Made by a program: the position numbers and the translations under genes. A stretch of 64,000 nucleotides of DNA, taken from positions 768,001-832,000 of the forward strand of contig CAXXOU010000004.1 of NCBI GenBank assembly GCA_963677495.2, given 5' to 3'. The DNA is from Candidatus Cloacimonadales bacterium. GTDB lineage: Bacteria > Cloacimonadota > Cloacimonadia > Cloacimonadales > JAFGVF01. Under the pieces are notes generated by a model. The model saw only the letters and a program-made list of their open reading frames with translations, was not told where the DNA came from and did no database searches. Positions 10,090-19,285 of the stretch are shown in pieces (position 1 is the stretch's first letter; each line of letters starts with the position of its first letter).

Positions 10090-10326
10090 TTATTCATCTT
10101 GCATTTTAAATTTAGCATTAAGCATTTAGCATTGCACCAACGGTGCACACATTTAGCATTATTCATCTTGCATTCATACTACATATGTACTTCAAACCCC
10201 AATTCTATATTCCATTTCCAATTTTTTTAATAATAATTTAGCATTAAGCATTAAGAATTAAGCATTGAGCTTTAGCTCAGCCATTGCATCAACGGTGCAC
10301 ACATTTAGCATTCATAATTCAGCATT
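10090..10326. repeat. 7-bp repeats plus 31-bp and 28-bp repeat copies
   Basis: 31-bp copy at 10124-10154, variant at 10282-10306; AAGCATT/TAGCATT runs. Confidence 0.85.
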
Positions 10327-10342
10327 CCCCCTCCACTGCCAT

Positions 10343-10470
10343 CCCATTCAATAATCATACGACAGAAAACATTAAGTTATCCACAACTTGTGACTAACTT
10401 GATGCTTTGATCAAGAGAGTATCAAGAGAGTATCAGGTGTGTATCAAGTGTCTATCAAGAATTGAATGGG
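10343..10470. repeat. 128-bp inverted-repeat-bounded element with five 11-bp repeats
   Basis: IR CCCATTCAAT/ATTGAATGGG; ATCA(A/G)G units at 10410, 10421, 10432, 10443, 10454; includes TTATCCACA at 10377. Confidence 0.75.
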
Positions 10471-10627
10471 GGAAAGGTGATGGAAATAGGATTTATAATG
10501 CCTTGCTATAGTTATTGCTATAGTTATGTAAAACTAATAAACTTTTTTCTAATAAGATATTGACAATTATAATCTGATGAATGCAATGTAATTAATATTT
10601 GCAAGAGCAAGCAAAGGAGAGTTTTAC

Positions 10628-11944
10628 TTGAAAGCAAACACAAAATTAGGAGCTGTAAAAAAATTTTATCTATTAGATTACTTTTATGTTCTATTAGCAA
10701 GTATAAAAATGTATAGCATAGAATCAGAAGTATTTGAGGAGTTTAAGAAATTAAAGCAAGAATTCAATTTAGGTGAATCTAAATACAAAAAAATTCAAAC
10801 AGAATCTGAGAAACTTTCTGAGCCTCAGTTAAAAAGATATAAATATACATTTTATCAAGTTGTTGCAGAAGCAATAGAATACAAGCTAATCAAGGTTTCA
10901 GAAATAAAAATCTATTCAGGTGATGAGCTAATATACTTTAGATATAATGACTTTGAACTCACAAAAGATGGAATTACAGCAATTGAAATTTATAATAGTA
11001 AAGGCTCATATGAGTTTAACAGATTCATTTTTAATAGAATGGAAGATACCTATGGTGCATTTAGATACTTTCTAGATTTTTGTTATTCAAACAACAAATC
11101 GAAAAATGGATTATTAATCTTACCAATTTACTCTCCATTAAAGCTAAATATCAACAAAAAAGATATTGTAACAACGATCGATTTATTAAGGTATCTGGAT
11201 TTCTTACAAGAACAACTTGAAGATGATATTAAACAATATCTTGGACACAATATTGATCTGGAGAAATATAAACATGAGCTGATTGAGTCATTAGCATCAA
11301 TATCACTAATACCTAGGGATGTTAATAAGAAATATAAATCAAGCGATTATAATAAGATTATTAGCAGAATTAGAAGATATTGGCTTAATTTTTTTTTGAA
11401 GAAAATATACAAATTTGAATATTCGCTTACATCTTTTGAGACTTGGGTTTATAGAGCAAAGCAAATCGGAATTATTCATGCTACTGAGTTTTTCCCAGGT
11501 TTCTCTGGAAAGATTATATATCCGATATCAATACTATCAAGGAGCAAGAGCCCAAATGATTTCGTAAATATAATGAACTATGAGGATGATGATAACCTTT
11601 ACCTACATCATCCAAATATTGATAAACGAAATAATGTTGAGGACTTTGTAGACGTTCTACATGAAACATATTTGGAACAAAGAAATAGAGTAAAAAGCTA
11701 TTTCATAAATCTTTTGGATCTTAGAGAAGTTGTTTGTTACAAGCAAAGAATATCTGAAAGGATTTTTGATGAGTATTTAACAAAAGTTTATCAACTGGAT
11801 TTGGATGGACAGTTAAGGTCAATTAGTATTTCTCTTGAAGGAGATAAATTACCTAAAGAAACTGATGCAATGTACTTAAAAAGGGTACCCATACGGATTC
11901 AAAACAAAGAAAAAAATATCATAGCCATAGATTTTAGGAGATAA
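10628..11944 (+). CDS. Hypothetical protein (possible winged-helix domains), first gene of the low-GC operon
   Basis: 438 aa, TTG start with RBS AAGGAG, TTGACA at 10560; no recognised catalytic motif. Confidence 0.8.
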   Translation: MKANTKLGAVKKFYLLDYFYVLLASIKMYSIESEVFEEFKKLKQEFNLGESKYKKIQTESEKLSEPQLKRYKYTFYQVVAEAIEYKLIKVSEIKIYSGDELIYFRYNDFELTKDGITAIEIYNSKGSYEFNRFIFNRMEDTYGAFRYFLDFCYSNNKSKNGLLILPIYSPLKLNINKKDIVTTIDLLRYLDFLQEQLEDDIKQYLGHNIDLEKYKHELIESLASISLIPRDVNKKYKSSDYNKIISRIRRYWLNFFLKKIYKFEYSLTSFETWVYRAKQIGIIHATEFFPGFSGKIIYPISILSRSKSPNDFVNIMNYEDDDNLYLHHPNIDKRNNVEDFVDVLHETYLEQRNRVKSYFINLLDLREVVCYKQRISERIFDEYLTKVYQLDLDGQLRSISISLEGDKLPKETDAMYLKRVPIRIQNKEKNIIAIDFRR

Positions 11945-11945
11945 T

Positions 11946-13358
11946 ATGAGTAAAATAAATAAATATTTACAGAGACCTGAAGATGTAAATCCGGAAGTCA
12001 CAGCTTCAAGATACGAAAGGTTTTATTTAAAAGAAAATCCTTTCCCAGCTCATCCTGCGGTTCAAAAAGATTCTTCAGATTATAGAATAAATGGTAGAAT
12101 TTTTGAAGAATCAATTAGATCAAATGAACTAAAAAAAATAACTGAAAATTTTCTTAAAGTCTCACAAGCAGACTTGAATCATTTAAGATTAGGTTTCCTT
12201 AGTGATACATCATATATTGGCCGAGGAAATGGGAAAACAGCCTTTCTTGTAAATCTTGTTGATAAAATAAACGAACAATTTTGTTTAGATATATCTGACA
12301 AAAAAAACAAATGCTTTGCTGTATATTATTCACCAAAACCTGGAGGAGCGACAAAAACATTTTCACAGTTTGTTAAAGATATTTTCTATGCAATCATAGA
12401 GCAAGATTTTATAAATCTTAGCTTAGCTACTATTTATTTAAACATATTATACAAGCAAAACAAGGATATTGATTTAAGTAGCATAGTAGACGATAAGAGT
12501 TTAATTAAGTGCATGTTAGATAAAGAATGGTATGAAACAGTGGGGTGTTCTTATGAAAGTGTTTTTAAAGAGCTCTTACAGCAAAACTGGTTTCAAAACT
12601 TACCTTTTATTGATGCAAGTGATTATCTCTTTTTCTCTCATTATTCAATGATTAATCAAGATTCGTTTCTTAACTATTTTAATGAATCTGACATTGAATG
12701 CAGAATTGAGTTTTTCTTTAGTAGTCTTATTGATTTGTTCTTAAACTCAAATTTTAATGGAGTTTACATCTTTGTTGATGATTTTGAAAAGATATTGAAC
12801 TTTCAGAATGCAAAACAAATGAGAAATTTTGCTTTTGAGTTAAGATCGAGTGTCTTTGATGGATTATGTAAAAATGCTAGAATTGGCTTTTTTAACTTCT
12901 TTTTTGTAATTCATGCAGGCGTTCATAGATTGATAAAGGATGCTTGGAATTCATCTGGAATGAATAATCGTGTTCCACTTACCGAGAATACACAGGATCG
13001 CCATGTGATATCGTTTGAAAAATTAACAGCAGAGCATACAAAGTCCTTGTTAAAAAAGTATTTAAGTGAGTATAGAACTGAAGATAAACCTGAACATCCA
13101 TTATTCCCTTTCTTAGAATCTTCAATAGAGATCATTGGTAAAAGATCTGAGATGAATGCTTCAAAGATTCTAAGAATGTCACATAATTTGATAGAGAACG
13201 CAGTAATGGATGATAAAGTCGTTCAAATTGATGAAGATTTCATTAATGATTTTATAAATAAATCTAATTTTGAGGAAATAGAAGATAAAATACCATCAAT
13301 TGACAATATACAATCTGTTGACTTACAAGCAAAGGTATCTAAAAGAAATGGCAAGTAG
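11946..13358 (+). CDS. P-loop (AAA+-like) ATPase
   Basis: N-terminal FYLKENPFP, Walker A GRGNGKT, Walker B VYIFVDDFE. Confidence 0.82.
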   Translation: MSKINKYLQRPEDVNPEVTASRYERFYLKENPFPAHPAVQKDSSDYRINGRIFEESIRSNELKKITENFLKVSQADLNHLRLGFLSDTSYIGRGNGKTAFLVNLVDKINEQFCLDISDKKNKCFAVYYSPKPGGATKTFSQFVKDIFYAIIEQDFINLSLATIYLNILYKQNKDIDLSSIVDDKSLIKCMLDKEWYETVGCSYESVFKELLQQNWFQNLPFIDASDYLFFSHYSMINQDSFLNYFNESDIECRIEFFFSSLIDLFLNSNFNGVYIFVDDFEKILNFQNAKQMRNFAFELRSSVFDGLCKNARIGFFNFFFVIHAGVHRLIKDAWNSSGMNNRVPLTENTQDRHVISFEKLTAEHTKSLLKKYLSEYRTEDKPEHPLFPFLESSIEIIGKRSEMNASKILRMSHNLIENAVMDDKVVQIDEDFINDFINKSNFEEIEDKIPSIDNIQSVDLQAKVSKRNGK

Positions 13359-13698
13359 ATGTGCAACAAAACAAGAAGTTATTGATCTGCTTAATTGTAT
13401 AATAAACCAAGATTGTGAACTAGCAGAAAAAAATAAGCTGATAATTTACCAAATCAAATATTATGAAATTGAGTTAGTATTTCTAAGCTACTTTATTTGT
13501 TTGTATTTAGAAAATAATTCCAGTGTCAATATTGTCGAAAAGATACTAAAATTGTTAAATGAATACTATCTACGTGTTCAATGGTTCGATATAAACTATA
13601 TTGAAGCTCTTTACTCAAGGTTCGGTGATAAAGATTTGTGCATGGATGATAAACTGATCCAAACTCAAGAAAGAATCAATAATCATGACTACTATTAA
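13348..13698 (+). CDS. Small hypothetical protein
   Basis: ATG 13348 overlaps the ATPase stop; its own stop overlaps the PIN gene start. Confidence 0.6.
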   Translation: MASRCATKQEVIDLLNCIINQDCELAEKNKLIIYQIKYYEIELVFLSYFICLYLENNSSVNIVEKILKLLNEYYLRVQWFDINYIEALYSRFGDKDLCMDDKLIQTQERINNHDYY

Positions 13699-14113
13699 AA
13701 GATATGTTCTTGATACTACTTCAGTGATTTCTTATTTTAACAACATATTTTCAGTTAAGTCACAAATATCAAGTACAGCTCAAAAAATTATTGAAAGAGG
13801 GCTCAATGATGATGAGCATGTTGTTTTAATAGTTCCTAGTCTTTGCTTCATTGAAATCTATGATAAGTTCTGCACTGATGAAGAAAACTTAGCAAAATAT
13901 AGATATGAAGTTTTAACTCCTTTAAGGGGAAAGAATCAAATAGAAATTAGAGAGATTAATGAAGAAACACTTAAAAATTATAGTTTAATTGATGATGATA
14001 TTGTCAATTTAGAAAGTAAGGATAAGGTGTTTTTAGCAACTGCAATTGAAATGGATGCTATATTGATTACATCTGATAGAAAAATTATTAAGTATGCACA
14101 AAAAAAGGTTTAG
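13685..14113 (+). CDS. PIN domain ribonuclease
   Basis: YVLDTTSVI, VPSLCFIEI, D.VFLATAIE.DA.LITSD acidic PIN pattern. Confidence 0.88.
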   Translation: MTTIKRYVLDTTSVISYFNNIFSVKSQISSTAQKIIERGLNDDEHVVLIVPSLCFIEIYDKFCTDEENLAKYRYEVLTPLRGKNQIEIREINEETLKNYSLIDDDIVNLESKDKVFLATAIEMDAILITSDRKIIKYAQKKV

Positions 14114-14253
14114 ACATTGCAGTAATGAGATAATATCTAATAAACATCAATATTTAAGTATGAAATCCATGTCACAAGACTTAAATATCCAAAATAAAAA
14201 AGCAATTTGAAATACAGAAAGGGCATTTGGATGACAATAGAAGAGTGAAGAGA

Positions 14254-14341
14254 ATGAAAAATGCAAAATGCAAAATGAAAGATGAAGAATTAAAAATGCT
14301 GAATGCTTAATTCATAATTCCTAATTAGTAATTCGTAATTC
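14254..14341. repeat. Degenerate 7-bp tandem repeats
   Basis: AATGCAA, AATGAAA, AATGCTG units, then TTCATAA TTCCTAA TTAGTAA TTCGTAA. Confidence 0.75.
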
Positions 14342-14562
14342 TATTGGTTTCTCCTGATAGTTTCCTTTTGATGCACATAAAACAAGTTAATTGTTTTTAT
14401 CTTTACCAGTATTATACCTTAGTGCACGAGGGAAGTTGCAGTAACCCCTACTGCAAAACAACTAATCAATCTCAGTACCTCAGAAGATTGAGTGTGTGGA
14501 AGTAGCTAACCCTCATCAGTCTTCTCCACAAGGTTATGAGAGCATTCCAAAGGAGAACAACT

Positions 14563-15024
14563 ATGAAAGTCACAATGATGAAACCATTCCGATCATTCAG
14601 TGGTATAATGGATGAATTGGTTTATGCCGGTTACAACGAAGGGTACATCTGCTACAGCAGAGATTATGTGATACCCAGAGAAACAACTAACAATGAGAAA
14701 GTCGGCTCAATAGCCACAAACCTTGGTGTCGTTTATGATAGCTTCGATAGCGGATGGGTTGATGATTTGAAGACCTATACACATCGATTCATATCTGATT
14801 GTCAGACTAAAAGAGACCGCCACCCTGGCTTCTACAGCCTCTATGGCAAGATGTGGTGGAAGGTAGTTAAAGATGATCCCACAATTGACTTGAGAACAGT
14901 AACATTCGCAGATATTCAACTCCTTGATATTGGAATCCAAACAGTGAAAGATGCCATTGATAATGGCTTCCTTCCAAAGATCAAGAAATACGATGATTTA
15001 ACTAATACCTATAATGGAGCGTAG
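14563..15024 (+). CDS. Hypothetical protein, paralogue of 9579-10031
   Basis: ATG 14563 with RBS AAGGAG; SG.MDELVY...RDYVIPRET...DDLK.Y...DL.T.T..D...V..AI.NG. Confidence 0.82.
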   Translation: MKVTMMKPFRSFSGIMDELVYAGYNEGYICYSRDYVIPRETTNNEKVGSIATNLGVVYDSFDSGWVDDLKTYTHRFISDCQTKRDRHPGFYSLYGKMWWKVVKDDPTIDLRTVTFADIQLLDIGIQTVKDAIDNGFLPKIKKYDDLTNTYNGA

Positions 15025-15027
15025 GTG

Positions 15028-15054
15028 AAAAGGCCCTCGTAGAGGGCTTTTTTT
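15028..15054 (+). terminator. Intrinsic terminator
   Basis: GCCCTC-GTA-GAGGGC followed by T7. Confidence 0.85.
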
Positions 15055-15600
15055 AGCTAATAGCTTATAGCCTATAGCCTATAGCAGAATGCAAGATGCA
15101 AAATTAAAAATGAAAAATGCAGGATGCTAAATGAAAGATGAAAGATGAAAGATGAAAGATGAAAGATGCTTCATGCTAACCACGAATGGGGATCTTATTA
15201 TTTTCGTGTCTTTGGTGTGGTTCGTGGTTAAAAATCTGTTACTGTCGCGTGAAGTTCTCCACTATGAGTCCAACGTTAGCTTGCTATGACTTCTATGGAG
15301 AGATAGGGGGAAAGTTCGACCCCGTTGGGGTCGTGGTTTATTTGTGTTTGCAGACCCCACGCTTACGCATGGGGCTATTCAGGTTCAGCTAACTCCGTAG
15401 CTGATATATAAAAGAAAATGAAAGGTAGAAATGCGATAATGCTTAATGCTTAATGCTAAATGCTTAATGCTTAATGCTTAATGCTCAATGCAAAACGCGT
15501 TTCAGATGCAAAATGCAAAATTAATAATGCAAAATGCAGGATGCTAAATGAAAGATGCTTCATGCTAACCACTAAAGGCACTAAAAGCACGAAAGGGGAT
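15055..15600. repeat. Repeat-dense spacer: 7-bp and 9-bp tandem repeats, REP-like palindromes, local duplication
   Basis: (GAAAGAT)5 at 15133-15167; AATGCTT-type run 15438-15490; 9-mers 15203-15229 and 15570-15596; CGACCCC/GGGGTCG at 15317. Confidence 0.8.
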
Positions 15601-15854
15601 TGGGATATTTTTTGCTTCGGGTTTCCCATTCCTGCCCCATGCTTCACCACGGTGCAGGTCTGATAATATTGAATTAAACAAAACAGTTATAATCGATTCT
15701 TAATCCCTATAAATTATGTTGATAGCGATGGTTAGGGATAAACAGCGAAAAGCATTACAAATTATTAAGACAATGGTATAGAAATAGATATAAAAAAAGG
15801 TTGACTGTCACTACCGAAACAATGAAATTGGTAAAAAAAGAATAGGGGTTCAAT

Positions 15855-16982
15855 ATGCGTTTTTCAATAGAACTTAATCAGCTTGCTCAGCATATTCCGC
15901 ATCTAGCAGGCCTAATCCCCGGCAAAAATACAATGCCTATCCTTGAAAACTTTCTGATTGAAGCAGATGAAGAAACTAACGGTGTAGTTTTCACTGTTTC
16001 AAATCTATACATGACAGTTATTTGTCAGTTTGAAGCTAAAGTCTTAGAGAGTGGTAGAATTGCTATCCCTGCACGTGTGTTTGTTGATATGATCAGCAAC
16101 CTTGGTGACTTGGATAATCCACAGCTCAGTATCTCAAAAGATGATGAAACTGTGAATATCTTATGTGCAGGTAACAACTATCAGTTCCTTTCAGCAGATC
16201 CCAGTGAGTATCCGCTTGTGCCTAACCGCTCATTGAACAATGCATTCTCTGTTGATGCAATGGTATTCAATAAGATGGTTAACAAGACTATCTTCTCAGT
16301 GTCTCAAGAGAAATCACGTATACTCTTTACAGGTGTGTTCTGGAAGATTATTGCAGACAAACAGATTATGGCTTCCTCTGATGGTAAGAGAATTTCTGAG
16401 ATTCAGATTAACTCTAATACTGAGATTGAAGCAGAAATGGCGCATATTTTACCAATTAAATGCCTTAACTTCATGCAGAAGATAATCAAAGAAGATGATA
16501 TCGATCTTCAGGTTGTGTTCCAGGCTGCCAGAGTCATGTTTGCATATTCAAACTATACAGTTTATTCCAACATTATCGAAGGTGAATATCCTGATTACGG
16601 AAAAGTGTTCCCGGCAGAAGTAAGCTCAACACTTGAGATCAATAATGACAACTTCAAGCGTTCACTTAAGAGACTTGCTTTCTTAGCACCGGATGATAAC
16701 CATAAAGTTAAAATGAACATCACAGCTGATAATCTTAAGCTTAGTACAATGAGACCTGATATCGGTGAAGCTGAGATTCTTGTTGAGGATTTCACTTACA
16801 CAGGTGATCCAATGAAAATCTCATGTAATGCCAGATTCTTAAGATCTATCCTTGATGTGATTGATACAGAGAGTGTGAAGCTTGAGTTTGCAGGTAACAC
16901 TAAACCTTTCATAATTACAAACACTGAAGAGCCGGAAAATCAGGAATCAAGATACCTGTTGATGCCTCTACGGACCAGATAA
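15855..16982 (+). CDS. dnaN: DNA polymerase III beta sliding clamp
   Basis: MPILENFLIEA, ASSDGKRI, GEYPDY.KVFP, YLLMPLR; followed by recF. Confidence 0.95.
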   Translation: MRFSIELNQLAQHIPHLAGLIPGKNTMPILENFLIEADEETNGVVFTVSNLYMTVICQFEAKVLESGRIAIPARVFVDMISNLGDLDNPQLSISKDDETVNILCAGNNYQFLSADPSEYPLVPNRSLNNAFSVDAMVFNKMVNKTIFSVSQEKSRILFTGVFWKIIADKQIMASSDGKRISEIQINSNTEIEAEMAHILPIKCLNFMQKIIKEDDIDLQVVFQAARVMFAYSNYTVYSNIIEGEYPDYGKVFPAEVSSTLEINNDNFKRSLKRLAFLAPDDNHKVKMNITADNLKLSTMRPDIGEAEILVEDFTYTGDPMKISCNARFLRSILDVIDTESVKLEFAGNTKPFIITNTEEPENQESRYLLMPLRTR

Positions 16983-16983
16983 A

Positions 16984-18060
16984 TTGAAGGTTACAAGTCT
17001 TAGTCTTGTAAATTTTAGGAATTTCTCAAAGCTTAGTGTTGATTTTGAACCAAAGGGTTGCCTGATAACAGGTGACAATGGCAGTGGTAAGTCAAACCTG
17101 CTTGAAGCAATAGCTTACTGTGCCTTTGGTAAGTCGGTAAGAAATTTCTCGGACAATGACTTAGTGAACTTCGAATCTCAATTCTTTTATAATAAAACAG
17201 GCTTCTCCGCTGATGGAGAAGCCCTGTCTTTTGAAATAAGCTTTCAGCAAAACTCGAAAGCTATTAAACTGAATAATCGTCCGATTAGTAAGTTAAGCGA
17301 ACTTTACAAACATGTGAAGGTAATCTATTTCTCTCCGGATGATATATCTCTAATCAATAATACTCCCCGACTAAGAAGGAACTTTATTGATACAAGCTGC
17401 TCTCAGAATGATTGGGAGTATCTGCACCTTTTGAGAGAGTATCATAAAATAGTACAACAACGAAACGCGTTGCTTAAGACAGAGTTTGACGATAAGTATA
17501 AGAAAAGTTGGGACCTAAAGCTATACTCAACTGCAAATGAGATAATCAAAAGAAGAATTGAGTATTGCAAACAACTGGAAGAATTGAGTCGTGAGATCTG
17601 TGAGAACCTAACTGATAGAAAAGAGCAGATAACACTTAGCTATAAGAGTACACTTCCCATTAACATGAAACAGAATGAGTTAATGGAATTTCTGTATGAG
17701 AAAGAGAAAAGAGAAGTGGAGCAAGGTCACACGCTGTTTGGACCGCATTTGGACGATATAGTGATTAAGCTTGATGACAGACTTGCGAAGGAGTTTGCCT
17801 CTCAAGGGCAGAAACGTTCTATAGTTATATCGATGAAATTGGCTCAAGCTAAGCTCGTAAGACAGAGCTCTAAGACACTACCGATACTTATGTTTGATGA
17901 TATACTCTCTGAACTGGATGAATCGAGAACTGAAAGAATAATTCGACTTGTCGGAACAGAACATCAGGTTTTTATTGCAACACCAAATGCTAAAGAATAT
18001 GAAGCATTTGAACTGCCTAAAATAGTTTTAAAGGATGGAAAACTAATTGAAACTGAGTAA
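16984..18060 (+). CDS. recF: DNA replication/repair protein RecF
   Basis: NFRNF, GDNGSGKSNLLEAI, GPHLDD, ASQGQKR, MFDDILSELD. Confidence 0.95.
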   Translation: MKVTSLSLVNFRNFSKLSVDFEPKGCLITGDNGSGKSNLLEAIAYCAFGKSVRNFSDNDLVNFESQFFYNKTGFSADGEALSFEISFQQNSKAIKLNNRPISKLSELYKHVKVIYFSPDDISLINNTPRLRRNFIDTSCSQNDWEYLHLLREYHKIVQQRNALLKTEFDDKYKKSWDLKLYSTANEIIKRRIEYCKQLEELSREICENLTDRKEQITLSYKSTLPINMKQNELMEFLYEKEKREVEQGHTLFGPHLDDIVIKLDDRLAKEFASQGQKRSIVISMKLAQAKLVRQSSKTLPILMFDDILSELDESRTERIIRLVGTEHQVFIATPNAKEYEAFELPKIVLKDGKLIETE

Positions 18061-19285
18061 GAATGTCCTGGGTTGGATGTTATACGATTTTGCTAACTCA
18101 GCATTTACAACGATAATTGTGACAGTTGTATATAGTAGATACTTCGTGGATGCTGTTGTTGGAGACACTAACCTTGGTAGTGCCTTGTGGGGAAGAGCTA
18201 TAGCTATCTCTATGTTCTTTGTTGCTATCTCAGCACCGGTATTTGGTGCAATTGCTGATTACTCACGTAGTAAGAAAAAGTTCCTCTTTATCAATACATA
18301 TCTCTGTATAATATTCACCTCACTGTTGTTCTATGTAAGGGAAGGTGATATTTTTACCGGAATGCTGTTCTTTATATTAGCGAACATTGGTTATCATAGT
18401 GCTAATGTATTCTATAACTCGTTCCTACCCGATATTGCCAGCGAAAAAGATATAGGCAGAATTTCCGGAATGGGGTGGGCTTTAGGTTATATAGGTGGAT
18501 TGGTTGCCTTAATCTTCTCATTGATTTTAGTTAATAATAGACTCATAAACTGGGTGTTCCCCTCTGTAGCCCTTTACTTCCTTATCTTTTCAGCTTTTGC
18601 CTTCTTCTGGGTTAAGGAGTTGCGTAGACCAAGTAAACGTTCTAACTACTTCAAGATTGCCGTAAACAGAATAAAACAGTCATTCCTGAGCATTAGGAAG
18701 TTCAAGCAACTCACAAGGTATCTTATTAGCTACTTCGTGTATAATGACGGCATTACGACGGTTATAGCCTTCACTTCTATCTATGGTATGGAAAGATTCA
18801 ATATGAATACAGAGGATATAATCAGGTTATTTATCTTTGCACAGTTCACATCTGTTGCGGGAGCCTGGTTGTTCGGAGTTCTTGCTGATAAAATGAACCT
18901 TAAAATTACAATTAATATATCTCTGGTAATCTGGATAGCTGTAGTAATCTGGGCTTTTTTCTGTCAGAGTGGAAGCGAATTCTTGTATGTTGTGCTGCTT
19001 GCCGGTATTGCAATAGGTTCATCACAAGCGAATAGCCGAACCCTCTTATCAAGACTGACACCTAATGATAAACAGGCGGAGTTCTTTGGTTTCTATTCTA
19101 TAGCCGGAAGAATATCTTCAATAGTGGGACCGCTTTTGTTTGGTGAAATGAAGCGGATAACCGGAGACATAAGATACTCAATTCTGTCTGTACTTGTTTT
19201 TTTTGTTGCAGGAATTATCCTTCTGCAAAGTGTGAATGTTGAAGAGGGTATTTCTGTGGCAAAGGCTTGGGAAGGAGATAATTAA
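18047..19285 (+). CDS. MFS transporter (UMF1/Atg22-like)
   Basis: W.LYDFANSAF, GRISG.GWALGY.GG, AEFFGFY; about 12 hydrophobic segments. Confidence 0.88.
   Translation: MKLSKNVLGWMLYDFANSAFTTIIVTVVYSRYFVDAVVGDTNLGSALWGRAIAISMFFVAISAPVFGAIADYSRSKKKFLFINTYLCIIFTSLLFYVREGDIFTGMLFFILANIGYHSANVFYNSFLPDIASEKDIGRISGMGWALGYIGGLVALIFSLILVNNRLINWVFPSVALYFLIFSAFAFFWVKELRRPSKRSNYFKIAVNRIKQSFLSIRKFKQLTRYLISYFVYNDGITTVIAFTSIYGMERFNMNTEDIIRLFIFAQFTSVAGAWLFGVLADKMNLKITINISLVIWIAVVIWAFFCQSGSEFLYVVLLAGIAIGSSQANSRTLLSRLTPNDKQAEFFGFYSIAGRISSIVGPLLFGEMKRITGDIRYSILSVLVFFVAGIILLQSVNVEEGISVAKAWEGDN

Noticed and set aside
10032..10166. N-terminal 45 aa of ORF 9579-10166
   Set aside because: Translation of heptamer repeats; the RBS and paralogue alignment support the start at 10031.
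9019..10306. CRISPR array from the 31-bp hairpin repeats
   Set aside because: Spacing is irregular (hundreds of bp, containing whole genes) and no cas genes are present.
14099..14133. Programmed frameshift or phase variation at the PIN 3' A-run
   Set aside because: One extra A would only extend the end to KKGLDIAVMR. All PIN motifs are already present, and a homopolymer error is as likely.
15186..15663. ORFs 15186-15392 and 15481-15663
   Set aside because: They translate repeat/REP DNA and lack an RBS or protein-like composition.
15660..15854. oriC upstream of dnaN
   Set aside because: AT-rich but no TTATCCACA-like box cluster.
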